Shown: positions 10,579-20,300 of the stretch, piece by piece
Numbering within the stretch: the first letter of the stretch is position 1
Layout: every line of letters begins with the position of its first letter
Origin: a virus
Reading direction: 5' to 3' (one strand)
Virus record (IMG/VR): IMGVR_UViG_3300037322_000275
Coordinates: 29,082-93,081 of that record
Length of the DNA: 64,000 nt
Position numbers and translations under genes: made by a program
Notes under the pieces: generated by a model
The model's input: only the letters and a program-made list of their open reading frames with translations
Database searches by the model: none
What the model was told of the DNA's origin: nothing

Positions 10579-10609
10579 CAATATACAAAAAAGATTTCAC
10601 AAATCCTAA
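10579..10609 (-). promoter_or_regulatory. Bacteroidota-type promoter for the HNH gene
   Basis: TTAGGA-N18-TATATTG. Confidence 0.7.
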
Positions 10610-10644
10610 TTATTTCACATTTATTTTATATGTTACTAGTGTTA

Positions 10645-12507
10645 TTAAATTTCACAACCATTTGGTCCTCCACAAGCTAAGTTATCTGCAAGTACAGTGT
10701 TGTCTTCAATTTCTACAACTTTAGTTAAATCAACATCTTTCAATGTTTTCATCATATTGTCGTATACTTCTTTAGTACAATCTTCAAATGGAGTTTGTTT
10801 ATACGTACCACCATTGTAAGGTAATACAGATAAACCATTATAGTAATCTTTATTTACCCACATCCATTCTCCTACAATTTTCCATTCATCAGGTCTAACA
10901 GATACTGTACATGATACATTATGAGTGTTTTGACCTTTTAAATGACCATTTTTAACCCATTCTTTAGAAATTAATTTTACTCTTTCTAATGAATCAATTG
11001 TAGATTCATATCTTGTTATTGCACCTACAGGAGCTTTCTGAGGAACTGTTATAACAGCTGTTGTTTGAGGACTAAAGTATTCATCTTCAACTAATTCTGG
11101 GTGATTCAAACTTAAATATTGATAAATACTCTCGTTCTTTGCAACCCTCATTCTTCTTAAATAATAATCATTATGCCAAGCATGAATACCTGAAGACGAA
11201 CCTACAACTAAAGATGTAGTTCCTGCAGGTTTTACAGCAGTTGTTCTTGTAGCTTGATTAATATTTAGTTCTAATGCAAGTGCTTTGTTTTGTTCAATAA
11301 CAATTTCAGTAGCTTCTTTATAATTTAGTGTTAAATTATATTCTGAAGCAATACCTGTCATTGACACACCTAATAAAGCATCTTTTTCTGTATTTTTTCT
11401 CCATATATCACGAAGATAATGAAAATCTGTATACGAAGCTTGTAAGGTAGCTATAAAAGAAGCTGCCTGAGCTCTACTGTTTAAGTCTTCTTGAGATTCA
11501 ATATTTGACATATTAATTTCTACAAGATTACAGAATTGATTTGGTCTAAGTGCAATTTCACAACAAGGGTTTGTTCCCCAGTCTTTATCATTAGTTAGAT
11601 AAATTCCTGGTTCACCACTACCTGATGCTTCAATTCTTTCCCAGACCTTATCAAATGTTTTTTTGTCAATTTTATGACGTAGCAACGTAACAGAATTATT
11701 TGAACGACCTCTTTGTGGATTGTTTTCCCACCAATTACCAGCTTTACAATTTAACATTGCATCACTATCTAGATCAAACAAACTAATCATTGCAGCTCTA
11801 CGAATTCCACCTGCTAATACTGCATCTGCAATATGACACTGAATGTCATGACACTGAATATCTGTTAACCTTGTTCCTGTTTCTTTTTCTCTAAGTATTG
11901 CTTCAATTTTAACTAAAGCAATTCTTAAAGGTTCAGGTCCTGGTGCTTTACCACCTGCTGTTACAAGTACTGCGCCCTTAGGTCTAATATCTGATAAATC
12001 AAAGTTTACATGTTGTCTTATACCACCTGTATAAGATTTAAACAACATTTTTATTGCATCTGCCCAACCAATAATACTATCCTGAACAACATATCTTTTA
12101 TTTTTTTGATAATCAGGCAATCTTATCTCTGGTAATTTTTCTATATGATGATTTTGGACACTATATCCCACACCTGTACCACCCAATAGCAAAAACATCG
12201 TTTCACTGAAACTGTGAATGCTATCAACTGGTAAAAAAGCACAATTATAGATTCTTGCATTGTTTAATTCTATTGCTCTACCACCAAACTGCAATGAACG
12301 CATTGAAGGTAGTACCTTTTTTGTTATTACATATTCTTTATAAATTTTTTCAATATTTGATTTAAGTTTTGGATATTTTTTAATATGCATCTTCATGTTT
12401 CTATCTACTAATTCTTCCCAAGTTTCCCTCCTTTCTTTGTGAGGTAAAAACTTTGCGTATTTTGTGTAAATAGTAATTTCTGACAGTATTTTTTTATCTA
12501 ATTCCAA
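10645..12507 (-). CDS. nrdJ: Class II (adenosylcobalamin-dependent) ribonucleotide reductase
   Basis: YNCAF, GGTGVG, AGGIRRAA, TNPCCEI, KPAGT, C-terminal CGGPNGCEI; no beta subunit in the window. Confidence 0.93.
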   Translation of the reverse strand: MELDKKILSEITIYTKYAKFLPHKERRETWEELVDRNMKMHIKKYPKLKSNIEKIYKEYVITKKVLPSMRSLQFGGRAIELNNARIYNCAFLPVDSIHSFSETMFLLLGGTGVGYSVQNHHIEKLPEIRLPDYQKNKRYVVQDSIIGWADAIKMLFKSYTGGIRQHVNFDLSDIRPKGAVLVTAGGKAPGPEPLRIALVKIEAILREKETGTRLTDIQCHDIQCHIADAVLAGGIRRAAMISLFDLDSDAMLNCKAGNWWENNPQRGRSNNSVTLLRHKIDKKTFDKVWERIEASGSGEPGIYLTNDKDWGTNPCCEIALRPNQFCNLVEINMSNIESQEDLNSRAQAASFIATLQASYTDFHYLRDIWRKNTEKDALLGVSMTGIASEYNLTLNYKEATEIVIEQNKALALELNINQATRTTAVKPAGTTSLVVGSSSGIHAWHNDYYLRRMRVAKNESIYQYLSLNHPELVEDEYFSPQTTAVITVPQKAPVGAITRYESTIDSLERVKLISKEWVKNGHLKGQNTHNVSCTVSVRPDEWKIVGEWMWVNKDYYNGLSVLPYNGGTYKQTPFEDCTKEVYDNMMKTLKDVDLTKVVEIEDNTVLADNLACGGPNGCEI

Positions 12508-12525
12508 ATATTTTGTTTTAATTTA

Positions 12526-13083
12526 TTATTTTGTGACAACATAGTCACTTTCTCTAAACGTTTCATTTTTGAGTTCTATAAACTCTCCTAATTCTTGATC
12601 TACATTAAGTTTAACTCCTAATCCTAGTTCTATTTCTTTTTTGAGTTTTTCTTCTTTGTATAAAATTTGTTTTAACTTGACTAAAAATTTAATACCTAAC
12701 GGATTGCCAGAATATACTTGTCCCCAAAATCTTAAAATCAGTTGTTTTGCATCTGTTTTAAATTCTGAGTATTTACTGTTTTTTAAACAGTAATATTCAT
12801 GCAAGTATTCTTCTGGAAATTTAAATATATAGAGAACTTTATTTCCTAAATCTATGTTTTTTACAAACAGCTCGTTATTTGTGAGCTTGTTTTCATAATG
12901 TGTAAACTTAGGATCTTTAAAGTTAAATTCATATAGTAAACAAAAACAATCTAAATGCTTGCTTTTTTCAACAAACATATAGGTGTTAATTAAAGACGAC
13001 ATGAATTTTATATCTAAATCTAAAACTTCCGACATCAAAGGTAATAGATACGACTTTGATTTAGTGTATTTTTTTTTATTCAT
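12526..13083 (-). CDS. Hypothetical phage protein
   Basis: 185 aa, co-oriented and coupled to neighbours. Confidence 0.75.
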   Translation of the reverse strand: MNKKKYTKSKSYLLPLMSEVLDLDIKFMSSLINTYMFVEKSKHLDCFCLLYEFNFKDPKFTHYENKLTNNELFVKNIDLGNKVLYIFKFPEEYLHEYYCLKNSKYSEFKTDAKQLILRFWGQVYSGNPLGIKFLVKLKQILYKEEKLKKEIELGLGVKLNVDQELGEFIELKNETFRESDYVVTK

Positions 13084-14120
13084 TAATTTACTTCTATAAA
13101 ATCATCATTTAACATTAGGTTTCCATTACTTTGATAAACTTCTTGACTAAAGTCGTAAAGTTTATTTTTCCAATGATAATAAATTAAGTCAAGATTTTCA
13201 TCAAGTCCTTTATATTTATAACCCGCCTTAGTTGTAAAACCATTAATTGCCGCATTATGCCATTTATCACCTATTTCAAATACGTGAGGAACTTTTTCAC
13301 CTCTACCTATGAATATAAATTTAAATGGTGCAAGTTGGTAATTAATTAAATCTAACTTTCTACAAATACTATCAAATGCTTTAACATATACTGCTTCTTG
13401 AAAATAGTAACAATATTTTATAAAACTTTTGGTAAATTCGTCAGCTCTTGAAGATCCTGTCTTAATGTCTTCCATATAAACAATTTTATTTGAATGATCT
13501 ATTGACATTTTGTCAATGATTCCTCTTAATGTAAAATTCTTGTATTCATATGTAAACGTGTATTGATAGTGATTTTCAAAAGTATTGTTGAACAAATGCG
13601 TTGTGTGTTTGTGATTCAGTAATAAACTTACACATTCTTGAGCATCATCATTTTCCCTTTGAGTAACTACAACTTTATCTCTGATTTCAGATTTTATTTT
13701 AACATAATTCCAAAATTCTGGTAAATCAAATTTCTTAATTAAAGTTTCATCTAGTTTGATGTTACTCCAAAAAGCATTATGTTTTACAATCTTTAGAATT
13801 GTTTCTTTATCTGGTACAGTGTCATAGTTTTCTAAAACAATATCACATAACGAACCTAATGTTGCTGTTGGCTTGTTATCATCATAGATAACATATGTTT
13901 CTTTAAAAACATTATTTCCTGTAACTCTATCTACTAATAGATCATCACATAGTGAACCAAACCTTAATCCATTTCCATCTGGATTAGATGGTCTAATTAA
14001 AGCCTTAGGTCCATTTCTATCAAAATCACTAATTCGTGAATAAGAGAGCTTTAAATCAATTTGCTCTTCTTTATTGAGTAATTGACTTAATTTGTTTTCT
14101 TCTGTATTTTCTATTTCCAT
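13083..14120 (-). CDS. PD-(D/E)XK exonuclease (RecB/Exo VIII-like)
   Basis: LSYSRI, FGSLCD, GIIDKMSID...EDIKTG, YYFQEAVY. Confidence 0.8.
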   Translation of the reverse strand: MEIENTEENKLSQLLNKEEQIDLKLSYSRISDFDRNGPKALIRPSNPDGNGLRFGSLCDDLLVDRVTGNNVFKETYVIYDDNKPTATLGSLCDIVLENYDTVPDKETILKIVKHNAFWSNIKLDETLIKKFDLPEFWNYVKIKSEIRDKVVVTQRENDDAQECVSLLLNHKHTTHLFNNTFENHYQYTFTYEYKNFTLRGIIDKMSIDHSNKIVYMEDIKTGSSRADEFTKSFIKYCYYFQEAVYVKAFDSICRKLDLINYQLAPFKFIFIGRGEKVPHVFEIGDKWHNAAINGFTTKAGYKYKGLDENLDLIYYHWKNKLYDFSQEVYQSNGNLMLNDDFIEVN

Positions 14121-14373
14121 TTATTACAATTAGTTCAATTACAATGTCCATTAAACTATCTATTTTTTTGTACTGAACTATAGATGTACCATTGTCATAT
14201 AGAAACTCTTCTTTTTCTAAACTATTTTCAAATTTTTCATTAATATAATCTAAAAACAAACGAGCTTCATTGTATTTATTATTAATAATATTACCAATAA
14301 ATCTAATGTACTCTTTTTCAGTAAATATAAAAATTGATAACTCTTTAATTCTTTGTAATTGTTTTTTTTTCAT
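14071..14373 (-). CDS. Hypothetical protein
   Basis: 100 aa ORF in operon. Confidence 0.6.
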   Translation of the reverse strand: MKKKQLQRIKELSIFIFTEKEYIRFIGNIINNKYNEARLFLDYINEKFENSLEKEEFLYDNGTSIVQYKKIDSLMDIVIELIVINGNRKYRRKQIKSITQ

Positions 14374-14375
14374 TT

Positions 14376-14816
14376 TTAATTTATTTTAATCCAGACTCCT
14401 GGATTTTCTTTATCAATACTATATGCATTATTTTCTATTTTTAAAGCATAAGGTAAAACACAATCCATATTATCATCATCAATAATATTATGTGCTGTAA
14501 GTAAATCTAAAATAATTTGAACAATATTATGAAAATCAATTTTTCTTCTGCTATCTCTAACAAAATGAAAACCTATTTCTAGAGGTAACACTTTTCCTTT
14601 GATGTTTTTTTCAAACTGTGTTCTCAATTGTTCAATTAAGTTAGGTCTATTTACGTAACCCTTTACTTCTTGTTTACTTGAAGAATACGATTGTATTCCT
14701 AATTTTGTAATGTAAGCTTTAGAAGTCTTAGACATAAAACTCCCACGACTTGTGTTTATTCTGCTATTTTTTGAAGATGGTACATTAAAAGGTATCCATA
14801 TTAAGTTGTCATTCAT
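14376..14816 (-). CDS. RusA-like Holliday junction resolvase
   Basis: VPSSKNS...RRKIDFHN...LDLL...IDDDN pattern. Confidence 0.7.
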   Translation of the reverse strand: MNDNLIWIPFNVPSSKNSRINTSRGSFMSKTSKAYITKLGIQSYSSSKQEVKGYVNRPNLIEQLRTQFEKNIKGKVLPLEIGFHFVRDSRRKIDFHNIVQIILDLLTAHNIIDDDNMDCVLPYALKIENNAYSIDKENPGVWIKIN

Positions 14817-14838
14817 ACTGATTATTATTATATTTCTA

Positions 14839-14870
14839 CAAATATAATCAATATAAATGACAATTCCTAA
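14839..14870 (-). promoter_or_regulatory. Bacteroidota-type promoter
   Basis: TTAGGA-N18-TATATTTG. Confidence 0.75.
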
Positions 14871-14885
14871 TATTTAATGACTTAA

Positions 14886-15572
14886 TTACCAGATAATTTC
14901 TCTAATACCGTCAGATCTTAATATACTGTTTACTTGATTAAAAATATTGTTTGTATTACAAAGTTCTTTTTCAGTATTTTCAAAAACATAGTGTTTCTTA
15001 TTGTCAATGTACTTTTTAAAATGTTCATTACCTTGTTCTAAAAACAAAAATACAATGTTTTCTTTTTCTTCATTAATTGTGTATATAAACTGTCTTACAA
15101 AGTTTTTCCAATATTCAGAATGATCTTCACCAAATTTCCATGTTAAAGAAGTATTTAGCATTAGAACACCTTGGTTAGCCCACCATTTCATAGTATTGTC
15201 AAATTCCTGTGTGTCTTCATAAACTGTATCATTTACACAATTTATGATTTTTTTGTTTATGTCAGGAATTATTTGATTTAAATGTACATCAGAAACACCA
15301 TAAGCTAAACCGTTTGTTAAATATGTAGGTCTTAAACCAAAACATACAACTTTTAGTTTATCAAAAGGAGTTTTTCTAAAACAATTAAACAACTCTTCTT
15401 TCTTTGGATACACATTAACATGATTTTTGTAATATTCATCTATAAAGACAGCAAGATTATTCATATAAGAAGTACAAAGAAGATTTTTAGACAACGGTTT
15501 TGCCCAATCTTTCAGCAGTACACTGTAATTTGATTTAAATACAGAAGTTTCTAATTTGTGTTCTATTTCCAT
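14886..15572 (-). CDS. Uracil-DNA glycosylase family 1-like protein with degenerate catalytic motifs
   Basis: VYPKKEELF, TPFDKLKVV, NGLAYG, WANQGVLMLNTSLT retained; GQDPY replaced by GLRPTY; HPSP absent. Confidence 0.8.
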   Translation of the reverse strand: MEIEHKLETSVFKSNYSVLLKDWAKPLSKNLLCTSYMNNLAVFIDEYYKNHVNVYPKKEELFNCFRKTPFDKLKVVCFGLRPTYLTNGLAYGVSDVHLNQIIPDINKKIINCVNDTVYEDTQEFDNTMKWWANQGVLMLNTSLTWKFGEDHSEYWKNFVRQFIYTINEEKENIVFLFLEQGNEHFKKYIDNKKHYVFENTEKELCNTNNIFNQVNSILRSDGIREIIW

Positions 15573-15580
15573 AATTAATA

Positions 15581-17419
15581 TTAAATTGTTTCAGAGTCTA
15601 AAGCTAGTGGAGAATCAACAAAAAGTGATGCTGCTTGATCTGAAAAACCCATAGAAACTAAAGAAGTTTTTCTGGATTTTTGAGATTTCGCACTACTTTG
15701 TATGTAGGACGTGAACTCATCACTTTCTAATGGTTCATTAGTATTTAAAGATTGTTTAGGATCATAAATACCTGTAAAAAAGTTATTATCTTTTTTACGA
15801 ACTTCTGTAGGTGTTTCATATCCTGTAGATTTTTCATAATTTAAACCTATAAATCCAATATAATCAGAACCCTTTGAAGAAATATAATTTGAATAATCTG
15901 TTTTAGAATAAAAATCTTTAGAGTCTTTCCAATTAATAAGTCCTCCATTTTTTATTTTTGATTCATCACCAAGGACAAGTCCATGTTTGTTTTGTGATTC
16001 TGTGGAAATTCTTCTGTTCTGCAAGTATTTAAAAAGTGATTTTCTTAAATAACTTTTTGCAATACCATTAGACAAAGAAATATCTATAATTGAAAATATA
16101 CCTTTTCTTCCGTCAAAAAAGTTTTTATCTTCTAAAATCTGATTTTGATATTTTTTTACAAAATTAACTAGAATAGAATTTAACAAAATAAAACTTATAA
16201 TTTTGTCTATATCATATGTTGGTGTATGAATTCTAAATTCAATTGTTGTTTTGTTTCCAAAAATTAAAGGAATCAAGTTGTGTATGTGATATCTTGTATG
16301 CACATTCCATTTTTGAGAACCTTGTGGATCTCTTGGATGAACAGATACATTATCTAAGTTACAACCTACCTCATTAAAACTTTGACCTTCTGACAAATAT
16401 TGATATAAAACATTAAAGTTTTGATCAATGTTTGTTGGCGTAATTTGAGTATCTAATTTAGAAACTAAAGAATACGCAGGATAAGGTGCAGAATAGTTCT
16501 TGTTTTTTAAACCAAAGTTATACTTTTTGTAGATTGGAAAATAAGAAAACATTTCATCTTGTATTTCACAAGTAAACTTAAAAAATGCAAGAATAAATTC
16601 CTTTGTTCTTGGTATGTTTCCTAAATGTAAATGTAAGGAACAAGTGTCATCAAATGTTGTTTTTTCATTTAAGATTTCTAATTGGTCAACAACTGTTTGA
16701 AGACCTTTTTCACCTCTTAATGGAATTGTAACATATTCAATACCTGAAATAGAACCATCTCTTAAGGGAATTAGTCCTACTCTATCTGTAATTCTTTTAG
16801 GTATAAATCCTTTAACTGTCTCAAATTCTAAACCAAAACTTAAATCTTCTAAAACATTTCCATATTTTTTGATATCTTCTGAAATAACACCATCATACAA
16901 GTTGTTATAAATCTCTGAATAATGAGAAATAAGACCCTTTGAGTCATAAGGTAAACTTGTCTTATATTCAGATCTTGGTGTTGAAATTCTTCCAAATTCT
17001 CTTGCTTGTAATCTAGAAATGTGGTAGAAGTTACCATCTGCAAGTCTTTCTCTATAGAAATTATTGTTTTTTAAGGAATCCGCATCAAACAGTAATTTTT
17101 GTTCTCCGTTTTCTAACGTTATCACAGATAGTGTTTCTTCTTGTTTAAAGTAACCTTCAACTAAAGAACCGTCTTCATTCACACAAACAATACCTTTTGT
17201 TAAGTGAGGTGTTAAAACGTCGTAACTGTTGATTGTAAAGTTATAGACAATAGAATCAACACCTAAAATTCGATACTTGTTTTTTACTAAATAACAATCT
17301 CCTGAATTTTCAATTAATGGGTCTCCTACTTTGTAGTAGTTTCCATTAATAAGTCTACAGTCTTGTGCTAATTCAGTATTTCCTAGAGGTGTAATCACTC
17401 TCTTTTGTTTATCTTTCAT
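15581..17419 (-). CDS. COOH-NH2 ligase (amidoligase, glutamine synthetase/GCS-like fold)
   Basis: FGLEFE, RDGSISGIEYVT, TCSLHLHLG, RYHIHNL, TIEFRIH; start at MKDK (17419) preferred. Confidence 0.85.
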   Translation of the reverse strand: MKDKQKRVITPLGNTELAQDCRLINGNYYKVGDPLIENSGDCYLVKNKYRILGVDSIVYNFTINSYDVLTPHLTKGIVCVNEDGSLVEGYFKQEETLSVITLENGEQKLLFDADSLKNNNFYRERLADGNFYHISRLQAREFGRISTPRSEYKTSLPYDSKGLISHYSEIYNNLYDGVISEDIKKYGNVLEDLSFGLEFETVKGFIPKRITDRVGLIPLRDGSISGIEYVTIPLRGEKGLQTVVDQLEILNEKTTFDDTCSLHLHLGNIPRTKEFILAFFKFTCEIQDEMFSYFPIYKKYNFGLKNKNYSAPYPAYSLVSKLDTQITPTNIDQNFNVLYQYLSEGQSFNEVGCNLDNVSVHPRDPQGSQKWNVHTRYHIHNLIPLIFGNKTTIEFRIHTPTYDIDKIISFILLNSILVNFVKKYQNQILEDKNFFDGRKGIFSIIDISLSNGIAKSYLRKSLFKYLQNRRISTESQNKHGLVLGDESKIKNGGLINWKDSKDFYSKTDYSNYISSKGSDYIGFIGLNYEKSTGYETPTEVRKKDNNFFTGIYDPKQSLNTNEPLESDEFTSYIQSSAKSQKSRKTSLVSMGFSDQAASLFVDSPLALDSETI

Positions 17420-17439
17420 ACTTTTTAGTAAGTTTTTTA

Positions 17440-19470
17440 TTATTTTAATATAAGTGACGAAATACAATCTACAATTTGTTCTAGTATAACTATACATTCT
17501 TGTGCTTTTTCGTTTTCTCGGTAATCTTGTAAAGACTTCTTTAAATCTATTATTTCTTGAATAGGCTCTGTTAGAGATTCTCCAATTAATTCCAGTATAA
17601 AGTCATCCGTTTCTTTATTATTGTTAATCTCAGTACTTCCTGAGTCATGTAAACTTTTTAGGAAAGCTTCATCGTTTTGAGCAAGAACTTCTTTCTTTTC
17701 TATTTCATTTTCTTTAACAGTAATTGTTTCTTCAATTGTCAAAATGTTATTTATTGCTTTTTTTATTATAGGATTTTCTTTAGCAAAACTAATTGGAAGT
17801 TGAATCACACTTGCTTCTTTCTTTATAAAAGGAAATTTAACATCTTCTCTGATTACAATTTTGGTAAGTATACCTTTTTCAATAGAATATATTTTTTCAC
17901 CACCTAAATAACAAACACCACCATTTAATGTGTTTGCAGGTTCACCATTAAACAAGATTTTAGATTCTGCACTTGTCTTGTCATTACCTTTGGTAATGTT
18001 AATAACAGGATGTTTTGAAACATAAGAAAGTTCTCTAAAACTTAAATACTCACCAGCTTTTAAAATTGCTTTTTTGTGATGCATTACAGAATAATCAATT
18101 GCAGATTTCATCATAACACCTTCAACAAAATAAAAATATGCAGGATTCTTAGATCCATTTTTGTAAGGAATAAAGTCTGTACTTTCTGTTTTTACAGCAT
18201 TAAATGAGTTTTTTTCTGCATTAAAGAATAAACCTTTGTACCATTCAATTTCTTTATCTGCATTAGATATTGTTTGAGAAATGTGTTTAAAACCAAAGTT
18301 TTTAATGTAAGTGTAAATTCCATTTATACTGTGTCCATTTGAATAGTATCTAAATTTATTAAAGTAAATACGTGAACCATAATCTGAAGTATCTTTTATT
18401 GTTTTTTCGTTGTGAATATTCAAGTCATTTTCAGATCTTAAAGAAGGAAAGTTTTGAACGTATTCGTTTCTTTTGTTTGCTCTAGCATTGTTGTAATTAA
18501 CAGAATCATTGTAACCATCGTTATCATAAAATCTTTCATCACAATGACTGAAGTTTTGATTTAAATTTGTAGGTGCCTTATAATTAGCATACGTTTGATT
18601 TTGTGTTATTTTTTCTCTACTAATTTTCCAAGTCTGTGCTTCTTTAAAATTACCATCAGTAACACAATAAACAACATTGTTTTCAATCTGAAATGAATTT
18701 TTATCATCAGCACCAATTGCTTGTAAACTATCTAAAAGTGAAGAAACAAACATGTTGTTTTTAGACTTTAAATAAACACACAAAGGTCTTTCTAGCTCTA
18801 CTTTAGAATGCATGTAATCGTATTCCTTTGAAGCACCTGAAAATAAGTAAATTTTATTAGGTGCTGCAGTATAAGACCACACTAATGCTGCAGTTCCAAC
18901 GTAGTCACTTAACACTCTAAAGTTTTGTTCTTTGTAAAGAATTTCAAGTAATACTTCACTATCTATTTTATCTCTTGTACTAACAGGAGTGCTGTAGTTG
19001 TCTATTTCCTTTAACTCTATATTATACTTTTCAGCAAGTTCTTTATGATTCTTTAAAGTTCCATTATGTACACCTACAAATGCATATCCTCTATTGTGTT
19101 CCAGTTCACCAAAACCAAAGGGATGTGCATTATTTAAAGATATCGCATGTCCTGCACTTGCTTGTCTTGTATGACCTATAATGGTTGGAAAGTGTTTAGG
19201 TTTTAAATTTCTGTTTTTTATAAAATCTGTATAAAGTTTATCTTGGTTTACACCATGATGTATTTCACCATCAAAAGTCACACCACATGAATTTTTACCT
19301 CGTTCTACATTATATATTCCTAGAATATTGAATTCAGAAGTAGATATTGAACTTGGCAATTTTGTTGCTTGTGCAAAAATTCCACAGTTTAACGTTAAAT
19401 GTCTTGTTTTTGAAAACAAGTTTATCAAGATTTGTAAGAATGCAAATATTATTATTCCAAGTATTATCAT
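17440..19470 (-). CDS. Class II (Ntn) glutamine amidotransferase with N-terminal hydrophobic extension and large unknown C-terminal region
   Basis: CGIF (Cys29), RGKNSCG, GHTRQAS, NAHPF, HNGTL, DSE. Confidence 0.88.
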   Translation of the reverse strand: MIILGIIIFAFLQILINLFSKTRHLTLNCGIFAQATKLPSSISTSEFNILGIYNVERGKNSCGVTFDGEIHHGVNQDKLYTDFIKNRNLKPKHFPTIIGHTRQASAGHAISLNNAHPFGFGELEHNRGYAFVGVHNGTLKNHKELAEKYNIELKEIDNYSTPVSTRDKIDSEVLLEILYKEQNFRVLSDYVGTAALVWSYTAAPNKIYLFSGASKEYDYMHSKVELERPLCVYLKSKNNMFVSSLLDSLQAIGADDKNSFQIENNVVYCVTDGNFKEAQTWKISREKITQNQTYANYKAPTNLNQNFSHCDERFYDNDGYNDSVNYNNARANKRNEYVQNFPSLRSENDLNIHNEKTIKDTSDYGSRIYFNKFRYYSNGHSINGIYTYIKNFGFKHISQTISNADKEIEWYKGLFFNAEKNSFNAVKTESTDFIPYKNGSKNPAYFYFVEGVMMKSAIDYSVMHHKKAILKAGEYLSFRELSYVSKHPVINITKGNDKTSAESKILFNGEPANTLNGGVCYLGGEKIYSIEKGILTKIVIREDVKFPFIKKEASVIQLPISFAKENPIIKKAINNILTIEETITVKENEIEKKEVLAQNDEAFLKSLHDSGSTEINNNKETDDFILELIGESLTEPIQEIIDLKKSLQDYRENEKAQECIVILEQIVDCISSLILK

Positions 19471-19492
19471 TGTTTTTTATTTTTATTTATTT

Positions 19493-20293
19493 TTATACTA
19501 ATTCTGCAACTTTTGAAAGAGAAATTAAACTCAATAATTTAGTAGCTAACTCTCTATTGTTTGTGTTAATAGCTTCTACAATTTGATCTGCATACTGACT
19601 AGCAATATCTTTTACTTTACCTGAATTAACTAATTCAATAGCTTCTAACGTAGAGTAATAAGCCCACGTAAGTAATTCATCATTTACAATCCAGAAGTTA
19701 CTTAAAACACGGTATTCAACACCAAAGTTTGTAAATCTAAAACAACCTGCTTTACCATACATTTCTTTTCTTCTGACATCACTATCTAAAAGAACAGATT
19801 GTAAACCTAAAACAATATCCATTGCTTTAATAAGTTCTTCTTGAACTTCCTCTGTAGGATCATCCCAACCTATTGCAATATGTCCACCTGCACTTCTTAA
19901 ATTTAAAGAAGCATCTCCTGCGGGATTAACACTGTATGACCAAACATCAAAGTCAGGCTCACAACCAATTGCTTTTGCTTGATCTGAATCAAGTTGTTTG
20001 TCAGAAAGTATTGCAGATGCTGAAAAGTTTAGTTTACAGCCAATACCTGTAACAAATACATCTAAATAATCTTTTACAAAATTATGTTCTTTAATCCATT
20101 GTTGTAGACTATTACAAGGTGGAATATTATATTCTATTAAAACATTGTCTTCCTGTACTGCATGACCGAGATTTGTAATTTTACGAGGTTTATATTTTGT
20201 ACCACCAATCAATCCTACAGAAGAGATAATTTCTCCATCTTTTTCTAAAAACATTTCTGGATCAGAACCTAAAGTTATATTTTTTATTTTCAT
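19493..20293 (-). CDS. phiEco32-like COOH-NH2 ligase type 2
   Basis: GSDPEMF, QEDNVLIEYNIPP, GCEPDF, RSAGGHI, RRKEMYGKAGCFR, GVEYRVLSNFW. Confidence 0.9.
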   Translation of the reverse strand: MKIKNITLGSDPEMFLEKDGEIISSVGLIGGTKYKPRKITNLGHAVQEDNVLIEYNIPPCNSLQQWIKEHNFVKDYLDVFVTGIGCKLNFSASAILSDKQLDSDQAKAIGCEPDFDVWSYSVNPAGDASLNLRSAGGHIAIGWDDPTEEVQEELIKAMDIVLGLQSVLLDSDVRRKEMYGKAGCFRFTNFGVEYRVLSNFWIVNDELLTWAYYSTLEAIELVNSGKVKDIASQYADQIVEAINTNNRELATKLLSLISLSKVAELV

Positions 20294-20300
20294 TTTTGAG

